20,000 nucleotides of DNA from NCBI RefSeq assembly GCF_004010195.1, contig NC_057719.1:78827857-78847856 (forward strand), written 5' to 3'. Positions 11,233-20,000 of this stretch are shown here, one piece after another. The translations under genes were made by a program, and so were the position numbers. The DNA comes from Chiloscyllium plagiosum (taxonomy: Eukaryota). The notes beneath the pieces were generated by a model that did no database searches, was not told the origin of the DNA, and saw only the letters and a program-made list of their open reading frames with translations. Each line of letters starts with the position of its first letter. Positions within the stretch are counted from its first letter, which is position 1.

Positions 11233-12890
11233 CCTTACATCAGTGGGAGGGAAATCATTAGAGAATATTTTTAGGAGCAGGTTTTATTTGCATGCAGAAG
11301 AAGATTTGACTTATTAAGAATTGTCACCATGGTTTTATGCAGGGGAGGTCTTGTCTCACAAATTTTGATTTGGGTTTTTTGAGTAAGTGACAAAGATGAT
11401 TGATGGGGGTAAAGTTGTGGATGTTGTCTACATGGACTTCACGAAAATAATTGACAAGGTAGCTCATGGTAGACTGGTCCAGGAAGTCAAATCACATAGA
11501 TACCATGGTGAGTTTGGGACAGCATGGTGGCTCAGTGGTTAGCACTGTGGCTCACAGCACCAGGGACCCGTGTTCGATTCGGCCTTGGATGACTGTCTGT
11601 GTGGAGTTTGCACATTCTCCCCGTGTTCACATGTGTTTCCTCCGGGTGCTCCGGTTTCCTCCCACAATCCAAAGATGTACAGGTTGGGTGAATTGGCTGT
11701 GCTAAATTGTCCACAGTGTTCAGGGATGTGTAGGTTGGGTGCATTAGTCAGGGGTTAAATGTAAGGGAATGGGCCTGGAGGGTCGGTGTGGACTTGTTGG
11801 GCCGAAGGGCCTGTTGCCACACTGTAAGGATTCTATGAGTTGGCAAGCCAGATATAAAATTAGGTTGGTCATAGAAGACAGAGGGTAGTTATGGAGGAGT
11901 GTTTGACTGGAGTTCTGTGACCAGTGTTGTTTTGCAAGGATCAATGCTGGATCTCCGTCATTTGTAATGTAAATCAATGATCTGAATGAAAATGTCAATG
12001 GTCTGATGAGTAAATTTGCAGACGTCATGAAAATTGGTGGAGTGGCGGATACTGAGGAGGGTTATCTAAGGATGCTGCAGGATATGGATCAGCTGGAAAG
12101 TTGAGCAAAGAAATGGCAAGTGAAGTTTAATCTGGGCAAGTATGTGATGATGCATTTTGGGAGGCCAAATGCAGGTGGAAAGTATACAGTAAATGGCAGG
12201 ACCTGGAGGAGCATTGATATACAGAGGGATCTTGAGGTGCAAGTCCATGGCTCCCCAAAAGTGGCAACTCAATTGGATAAGGTGGTAAAGAAGGTGTGCT
12301 GTATACTTGCCGTAATTGGTCAGGGCACTAAATATAAAAATTGGCAAATTTTGCTCAACTGTATAAGGTTTTGGTGTCAGGCCACCTTTAGAATACTGTG
12401 TGCAGTTCTGGTCACCACATTAAAGGAAGGTAGAGGCTTCAGAGAGGGTTCAGAAGAGGTCACTGTGACGTTGCTTGGATTGGAGTGCACTAGCTACAAG
12501 GAGAGGTTGGACTGACTTTGATTATTTTTGCTAGAGCATTGGATGCTGAGGGGTGACTTGATAGAAGTATGTAAAATTCTGAGAGTCGTGGAGAAAGTGG
12601 ATAATCGGAGTCCCAGGGTTGAAATGTCAATTACTAGGCAGCAACGATTACAGTGAGGGGGAACATTTAATGTGTGAGGCAAGATGTTTTTGCACATAGG
12701 TTTGTATCTTCCTGGGCAGGTATTAGAAATAAATATGGTAGCAATGTTTAAGAGCCATTTAGACATGAACAAGGAATAGAAAGGATACAGATCATGTGCA
12801 GACAGATGGAATTAGTTTAGAACAGGATCATGGTCAGTATAGACATCAACAAGCCAAGAGGTCTGTTCATGTGTTGTACTATTTCATGTT
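11233..12890 (+). mobile_element. CR1 LINE RT region to 3' end, interrupted by a SINE
   Basis: HGFMQGRSCLTN, VVDVVYMDF, SKFAD, KFNLGKYVMMHFGR motifs; collinear across the SINE at 11515-11835. Confidence 0.88.
11515..11835 (+). mobile_element. HE1-like tRNA-derived V-SINE with TSD
   Basis: A-box TGGCTCAGTGG, B-box-like GTTCGATTC, V-domain; TGAGTT duplicated at 11509-11514 and 11836-11841. Confidence 0.9.
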
Positions 12891-13479
12891 GTGTTTTTAT
12901 AAGGTATCTGAGTTATTTATAAATGAAATTGTTCATTGGCCAAAAAGATACAAGATAGTTGCACTGAATTAAAACAGTAAAACTGCTTAAAGTCTATAGC
13001 TCTAAATTCTGTTCTTAAGCGTGACACGGGGAGAGCGTCAATCCAGCAGAGACTCTTTTAAGATAGTTGTGTGAAGACTTATGGCTGTGTTCCTTCTCAA
13101 TTCCTGGCACTTGATCCGTGTACCTTTCAATGGAGCGGGTGAATTGTAATCAGCGTTTCCTGATGGCATTAGGGCCTTTGTGGTATTTTGATTACCTACC
13201 AAATGTGATGCTCCTACCCAGCCCTCTTACTTTTTACCTGGTTCAAAGCCTTGACCACCTAATGTGGACCTGAACTAGGCTGTGGCCTCTGTCCTCTTGC
13301 TTTAGGTGGCCAGCTCTCGGCAGGATGTCAGTGAGCCCCAGGACTAAAAGACCCCTGGACCTCACAGTAATAACATTGAATATGTATAGGTTTATGTTGC
13401 CAAGTAATGCTTGGAAAGTGGCTATGTGATCGACGGTGAGATGGAAACAGCTTCAATAACATTAATCTTACCTTTTCAG

Positions 13480-13569
13480 GAGCACATCTACAAATTGATG
13501 AAAAGTGACAGCTACGCTCGCTTTCTGCGTTCCAATGCATATCAGGAGCTTCTACAAGCTAGAAAAAAG
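13480..13569 (+). CDS. RGS6: RGS6 coding exon, end of RGS domain ([30 protein letters not shown])
   Basis: Acceptor ccttttcAG, 90 nt phase 0-0, donor GTattc. Peptide is the R7-family RGS box C-terminus; [11 protein letters not shown] matches RGS6 rather than RGS7 (SYPRFIRSSAY). Confidence 0.95.
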
Positions 13570-14046
13570 GTATTCTCCCAGAACCTTGCAGCCTCCAATG
13601 TTTGGGATAATTACTGGACTTGAAAGCAAGTGTGTTAATTTCACTGGAAAAATAAGCTGGATTAGTGTGTGATGAAGGGCCAAAGATGTCTGATTTGATC
13701 CCTCTCTCGGCTGGGGTGACCATTAGGACGTCACAATAAATTATGGAGCCCCTGTGTCTAGGAAATCAAGACAACGACACATTCTAGCTGAAAAGTATTG
13801 TTGCTGCACTTCATGATCAAATTGCCTAGCTGCACTCATTGCCCAAGTACAAATAAGAGGGACTAGGGGCTGGCTGAGACCTCAAAGCTTTGTAGAACTG
13901 CATTTTGGCAGAAGTTAGGAGATAGGGGAACAAGAAAAAGATAATTTGAGGAAGGTAGTGACTGGTGGATTGGACCCTCCAAGCCACTATTGTCCAATTG
14001 TATTACTGTGAAAGGAGCTAACCAACTTTCAGGAATCACTCCTGAG

Positions 14047-14865
14047 GAGTATTGTAGAACAGAGACCTAGGGGTTCAGATACATAACTCTGATGTTTGTA
14101 GTTAAGAAGGCCTTCATTGCTCAGACCTTTTGAGTACAGGAGTTGGGAAGTCATGTTAAGGTTGTGCAGGACATTGGTGACACCTGTTCTGCAATACTAT
14201 GTCCAATTCTGGTCACCCTCTTATAAGAAGATTGTTATTGAGCTGGAGAGGGTTCAGAAGAAATTTACAGGATGTTGCCAAGAGTGGAGGGTTTGAGTTA
14301 TAAGGAGAGGCTGGAGAGACTGGACCTTTTTCACTGGAACGTAGGAGGTTGAGGTTTATAGAGCTTATAGAGGTTTATAAAATCATGAGAGGTATGGATA
14401 AGGTGAAAGGTAAGCATCTTTTCCCTACAGTGGGGGATTTCAAGATAGGAGGCATATTTTTAAAGTGAAAGGAAAGAAAGATCTTAAAAAGATATGGGGG
14501 AGTTTTCTTTTTTGTATGCAGAGTGGTTTGTGTGTGGAATAAACTTCCAGAGGGAATGGTGGATGCTGGTACAGTTACAATGTTTAAAAGACATTTCGAC
14601 AAGTACATGAATAAGAAATGTTTGGAGAGATGTGGGCCAAGTCGAGAGTGTGGTGCTGGTCCTGATAAAGGGCTCTTGCCCGAAACATTGATTCTGCTGC
14701 TCCTTGGATGCTACCTGACTGGCTGTGATTTTCCAGCACTATGTTCTCGACTCTGATCTCCAGCACCTGCAGTCCTCACTTTCTCCAAGTGCAGGCAGGT
14801 GGGATTATGTTCGGCTTGGACTGATTGGACTGAAAAGTCTGTTTCTGTGCTGTATGACTTGATGA
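14047..14865 (+). mobile_element. CR1 LINE 3' portion, 3' UTR interrupted by a PLE remnant
   Basis: RDLGVQIH, LVTPVLQYYVQFWSP, WNKLPEGMVDAGTVTMFKRHFDKYM motifs; similar to 1-585. Confidence 0.88.
14643..14784 (+). mobile_element. Penelope-like pLTR remnant with decayed hammerhead and short 5' inversion
   Basis: CCAAGT duplicated at 14637-14642 and 14785-14790; CTGATAA-a-gggc-tctt-gccc-GAAAC at 14662-14686; inverted arms 14640-14659/14733-14752. Confidence 0.8.
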
Positions 14866-15679
14866 GTTTTCAGAGAATTTTCATCAGCAGAGTTGTCATT
14901 TATATCCAGTAGGGAAATTATTCCACTGGTGCTGTCTGACTGGGGAGATCAGGCTTTAAGTCAAAAAAAGTCAAGGTCCATGACTTGCTTGCCTTTCCAC
15001 TAAAGACAACAATAACCATCTCCTGAGTAGAGCTAAGTATTGAATTCTTCAGCCAATGGGGAAAAAGAAATTGAGAAACATTTCAAGTTGCGTCACAAAT
15101 TAGGCCATGAGGAATTACAAAAAAAATAAATTTTTAATAAAGTGCTGTAATCCGATTAGTTTTGTGACTTTCGTTCTATTCCTAAGTGAGGGTAACATTC
15201 CCATGGGTCACAGACATCTAGTCCAGTCACCAATTGGTTACTATTCATGGGTGAGTCCTGAGAGCAGGCGAAACGAAATTATTCAACAACAGCAGCCATC
15301 ACAACGTCTGAGCTGTGCGTCCACCCACAAACCTTTAGCACGTGACTGGCTAGTGATTGAGAACACAAACGAAGGCTAAGTTTACTCATTGAATATTCTG
15401 TTGTTATGGTAGGGTACATACTCTTTATTGATCTTAGACCCTCTTACTGCTTGGTGTTGCTTCTGTCAGGGATTTTGTCAAGAAATCCACCTCAGCATTT
15501 CAGTTGGTGTCCCTGTTTCTATGGAGCTGTCAGTATGTCAGGCTGAATGAGCTCCCCTCCCCTGATTATTTTTGCATCACTATTCCCTCTACCCCCCCAC
15601 ACACACACATTGCTGCACATTATTATGGTTTTCCGGTTGTGATTCTTTCTGCTTTGTTTTCGTTTTTCACCCATTCAAG

Positions 15680-15733
15680 CCTGAAAATGAGCAGGGTCGC
15701 AGAACCTCGCTGGAAAAATTCACTCGCAGTGTG
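15680..15733 (+). CDS. RGS6: RGS6 54-nt alternative C-terminal exon (PENEQGRRTSLEKFTRSV)
   Basis: Polypyrimidine tract and AAG acceptor, GTAAGT donor, phase 0-0; differs at one position from human PESEQGRRTSLEKFTRSV as recalled. Confidence 0.93.
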
Positions 15734-16118
15734 GTAAGTTTAAGAATTTCATGGCACTGTTGACGTAAAGCGTGCACTGATGGGTTCATAGAGTTGCCTT
15801 CTTCCATTGAGCTGGAAAAGATGTAAAAGTCAATGTAACTGGGTATCCTTTGTGCAAAGAAACACCTGATTATTGGCTTGGATACTAGTCAGTGTGGAAC
15901 TGGGCCAGGCAGTTCTGCCGTTCACAGCCACATGGCCTTCCTCAACAGCTGCCTCCAACTCCGTGAAAACACCGCATAGATTCTAATTGAAGTTACATTC
16001 CTCATGTTTTGAATCCACCCAGTTATCTCCAAAACATACAACATTCCTCTGCCAGCTGTCCTGGCTGCCATCCTGAGGTCTGCACTCAGTGCCCTGTGCC
16101 AACATGTGTAAACACGCA

Positions 16119-16120
<2 letters not shown>

Positions 16121-16149
<29 letters not shown>
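16121..16149 (+). repeat. (CT)14 microsatellite
   Basis: Direct reading. Confidence 0.97.
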
Positions 16150-16153
<4 letters not shown>

Positions 16154-16760
16154 AGCACAACTAACTCTAAGCCAAAGCTGTCCTGCTCCCCAATTCCCCA
16201 TTGCATTCTTTACCTCGTCCAACAGCTTAACTGGAAGGTTTTTGTTTTTGGGTGTTAAGGAACACAAGCTCTACTAAAGTATGTGCATCGACACCCCTTT
16301 TGATCCTGTTCCCTTCCCTCTGACTCCATCCCATTCTCTCGCAGTGTGTTCACTGGCCAGTGTGTTCTCTGATGCTAAATAATGTGTTCAGCAAATTAGC
16401 AATTTCCATCTCTTTAAGCTCCCACATCTATGAAATTCACGCTTGGGATGATGTTGAACTTATGTTCCATTGCTTTCACCTCTGTACTCTTTGCTTTGGG
16501 CAGTAGGCCATCCCTTGCACAAAAAAAGCCTTTCAACCAACTCAAATACTCACAGTCCAGCTGTATCCCTCTCTCTGGTCTACATCCACTCTTGGCATTT
16601 TCATTGAGAACTGTCTGCTTTACAGTAATCGTCTTAACGTCTCTGGTCCATTCTAACCTACCTCCCTTTGAACTTAGTTTGGGGGGGGTGCCTTCCTTCC
16701 TTTTCTCTCCCACTCCCTGATTGGCTGTAACAAAGTTTGAATTTAAAAGGGAGATGATAT

Positions 16761-17301
16761 TGTCGATCAGACTGTACCTTGCTCAGGGCCAGAAACAAGT
16801 CAGGCAGGTCCTTTACGCTAAAAAAGATTTAGTTTTATTGTGGGAGAATAAACTTACTAAAGCAAAGATAGCATGAAATATAAACAAAAGGCTTAAAATA
16901 TACAAATTTGCTCAATTAACCCTCTTGAAAAATAAGGCAAACACACATACTGCAGCTTGAAAAAAAGAAATAAAGTTCTGTGGAATGTTACCTCATAAAA
17001 AGCTTTGGCTAAGGAACTGTTGAATTTGGAAATAAGAATTATTCACCAATTGTCCAGATGCTGGTCATCAGCCAATGTCACTTTCCTCCCAATCTATTGG
17101 TACTGGGCTTCCTTCCTGTATCCTCTACAACTGTTTGAATTTTCTTTTTTCTGCAGACAGGCTGTAGATTCGGGCTTCTTCTTCCCAAACTCCCAGTTTG
17201 TGGAGATGAATTTTCCCAGTGTGTATTTAACTTTGAAACATTGATGCAAAGGGCTTCTGAGAAAGAGACAGAGAAAGAGAGTGCTATGACTGCTGTGTCA
17301 A

Positions 17302-17334
<33 letters not shown>

Positions 17335-17528
17335 TCAAAGCCAATATATTTTATGCCCACAACCTGTGAAAATATTGTAGACTCAGTGTATCCAGTCTTG
17401 ATTACTTTGCAATTTTGCTGCTGTAGTCATTGTCCTTGCTTTAATTTGTTCACAGTAACATACATGCTATACATATATCATATTGTAAAGCGATAACAGC
17501 TGAACTCATAAGCCAAGTACTTGTGACA
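16761..17528 (-). mobile_element. Possible solo LTR
   Basis: TGTC...GACA termini, AATAAA near the minus-strand 3' end (ttttatt ~16833-16839), internal (CA)n; no TSD seen. Confidence 0.3.
17306..17334 (+). repeat. (TG)14 microsatellite
   Basis: Direct reading. Confidence 0.97.
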
Positions 17529-17765
17529 AGTAAGATTGGCAGGTTTTGAATATCATTGTTTACATAACTTAATACCTGCATTTTTTAAATACCCTTCATT
17601 TATCTCTGCAAAGAATGTTTCAATTGTATTTACAGCCCAATTCCTGCTCCATCAGCTGTAGGTGTAATTCCACCTTTACTTTCACTTTCTGAACTCAACT
17701 CTGGTAAATTCCCTTTTCAAAACAGTAGGATCAAAGTGACTTATTTGTCCGCAGTCAACAAGTTA

Positions 17766-18128
17766 TAGAGTCATAGAGATGTACAGCATGGAAACAGACC
17801 CTTCGGTCAAACCCTTTCCATGCCAACCAGATATCCCAACCCAATCTAGTCCCACCTGCCAGCACTCGGCCCATTTGTCTATTTATCCTATCCATGCCCC
17901 TCATAATTTTGTAAACCTCTATAAGGTCACCCCTCAGCCTCCAACGCTCCAGGGAAAACAGCCCCAGCCTGTTCGGCCTCTCCCTATAGTTCAAATTCTC
18001 CAACCCTGGCAACATCCTTGTGAACCTTTTCGGAACCCTTTCAAGTTTCACAATATCTTTCTGATTGGAAGGAAACCAGAATTGCACGCAATATTCCAAC
18101 AGTGGCCTAACCAATGTCCTGTACAGCC
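17766..18128 (-). mobile_element. CR1 LINE 3' fragment with internal deletion
   Basis: [41 protein letters not shown]; same tail as 2389-2440. Confidence 0.92.
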
Positions 18129-18554
18129 GCCGTCTCTTTTCTGATCAAAAACCCTTCTTCCCCCCAAGAATATTATTGAGATTTATTTTATGTTCAATTG
18201 TGTGTTGTCGACTTTGATCTCTCTGCACATTTTGTAATGTTACATGCTCTCCCTATTGTGTATATACCTGTAACTCTTTCCTAGGGACACCTATAGCTTC
18301 CTCATTCTGAACCTTTACTTTCAACTTCAACCATTTTAGTCTCCCAAATAATTCACAAATCGCATTTTTCAACCTTCATGGTGTTCTAACTAGTCAATTG
18401 TAAACTGCTCACTCTCTTGGATTCCTGCTGGTTTTGAAGACTGCTATTCCATTCTGCACATCTCATCTTTCTTGGTCTTCATATTGCATTCAGAAAGCAG
18501 TGCATTAGATGTCAATCTGCAGAGGCACAGCTGTGAGGAAATGTTGCTGCTGAC

Positions 18555-19406
18555 CTCCTCATTTTCTGTTTAGACACTTTACTGCCTTCAGGACTCAACA
18601 TTGAGTTCAACAACTTCAGACCATGGACTCTATCTCCCATTTTGACTTCTGTTTTCTCCAAGTCTTATAGGAAAGATATGGTGAAACTTAAAAGGGTTCG
18701 GAAAAGATTTACAAAGGTGTTACTGAGGTTGGAGGTTTTCAGCTGTAGGCTGAGGCTGAATAGCCTGGGGCTGTTTTCTCTGGAGCATTAAGAGACTGAG
18801 GAGTGATCTTAGAGGTTTATAAACTCATGAGGGGCATGAATAGCGTGATTTTTCGTAGAGTGGAAGAGTCCAAAACTAGAGGGCATAGGTTTAAGACAAG
18901 AATGGGAAAGATATAAAAGGGACCTGAGGGGCAATGTTTTCACACAGAGGGTGGTGCGTGTTTGGAATGAGCTGCCAGAGAAAGTGGTGGTGGCTGGTAC
19001 AATTATAACATTTAATAGGCTTCTGGTTGGTACATGGATAGGAAGGGGTTAGAGGGATAAGGGCCAAATGCTGGCAAATAGTACTACATTAATTTAGGAT
19101 ATATATTCAGCATGACCGAGTTATACTGAAGGGGCTGTTTCCGTGCTGTACATCTCTGTGAATGGAAGTCCCAATCTGTATCTTGTTCTAATGTTCCTGC
19201 TTTCAGTAAAAGGATTTTTATTCTGTGATTAATTGTGACTCTGGACAAATGCTTTGTTTCTTCATTCATACTGTTAGCACTCCCTTTGCATTTTGTTCAC
19301 TGAAATTTTTGGTAATTAATCTCCTGCACTCGAACCTCTCCCTAATCTTTTTTTTATTTTACGTGACCTTCCCCCTTTTTCCAACAACATGAAACCTATC
19401 TCATTT
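18555..19406 (+). mobile_element. Decayed Penelope-like element 3' region (GIY-YIG C-terminus and downstream sequence), interrupted by CR1
   Basis: 18555-18620 translates LLIFCLDTLLPSGLNIEFNNFR, resembling the PLE ORF end (LxTLxPxGLN); pyrimidine-rich sequence resumes at ~19165. Confidence 0.55.
18657..19163 (+). mobile_element. CR1 LINE 3' fragment
   Basis: YRKDMVKLKRVRKRFTKVL, FTQRVVRVWNELPEKVV motifs; 3' UTR ending ccgtgctgtacatctctgtg. Confidence 0.88.
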
Positions 19407-20000
19407 CAATAGACAATAGACAATAGATGCAGGAGTAGGCCATTCAGCCCTTCAGCCCTTGAATGCCAGCCATTCAGCCCTTGAATGCCAGCCATTCAAC
19501 ATGATCATGGCTAATCATTCCTAATCAGTATCCTGTTCCTGCCTTATCTCCATAACCCTTGATTCCACTATCTTTGAGAGCTCTATCCAACTCTTTCTTA
19601 AATGAATCCAGAGACTGGGCCTCCACTGCCCTCTGGGGCAGAGCATTCCACACAGCCACCACTCTCTGGGTGAAGAAGTTTCTCCTCATCTCTGTCCGAA
19701 ATGGTCTACCCTGTATTTTTAAGCTGTGTCCTCTGGTTCAGCACTCGCCCATCAGCGGAAACATGTTTCCTGCCTCCAGAATGTCCAATCCTTTAATAAT
19801 CTTATATGTCTCAATCAGATCCCCTCTCAGCCTTCTAAACTCAAGGGTATACAAGCCCAGTCGCTCCAATCTTCCAACATAAGATAGTCCTGCCATTCAA
19901 GGAATTGACCGCGTGAACCTACGCTGCACTCCCTCAATAGCCAGAATGTCTTTCCTCAAATTTGGAGACCAGAACTGCACACAATATTCCAGGTGCGGTC
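19407..20000 (-). mobile_element. CR1 LINE 3' portion, continues beyond window end
   Basis: (CAATAGA)3 tail at 19407-19427; antisense of [13 protein letters not shown] and FFTQRVVAVWNALPQ motifs. Confidence 0.9.

Noticed and set aside
13411..13479. N-terminal part of the 13411-13623 ORF as coding
   Set aside because: Lies upstream of the ccttttcAG acceptor and shows no RGS similarity.
13640..13930. Possible ancient SINE remnant downstream of the RGS exon
   Set aside because: Too degenerate to assign without alignment.
16262..16300. Resemblance to the recalled human RGS6 variant tail LYSNTPLAKRP
   Set aside because: Only scattered codons match, with an immediate stop and a poor acceptor; not distinguishable from chance.
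19439..19498. CRISPR-like array
   Set aside because: No spacers, eukaryotic context, simple tandem duplication within a LINE.
701..19882. Most short ORFs in the track as host genes
   Set aside because: They are LINE/SINE fragments, their antisense frames, or chance ORFs with no recognisable domain; only parts of 13411-13623 and 15572-15763 are real exons.
1..20000. Other RGS6 exons (upstream ..FEDAQ exon; terminal GKSLAGKRL.. exon)
   Set aside because: Not found by reading; they probably lie outside the window.

Overview
Vertebrate, repeat-dense intronic DNA, most likely from a shark (inferred from HE1/V-SINEs and shark-type CR1 and Penelope repeats). It contains two + strand coding exons from the 3' part of RGS6: a 90-nt exon ending the RGS domain (13480-13569) and the 54-nt alternative C-terminal exon (15680-15733). 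Most of the rest is nested, decayed retroelements: CR1 LINEs (one ~4 kb with an esterase ORF1), tRNA-derived SINEs and Penelope-like (PLE) remnants. The points most worth checking are three short fold-back PLE insertions with flanking direct repeats and hammerhead-ribozyme remnants at their inversion junctions, a repeat-poor island of candidate alternative RGS6 C-terminal exons, and a perfectly identical templated duplication inside an old LINE. I see no clearly new biological system. All family assignments come from recalled motifs, not database searches.
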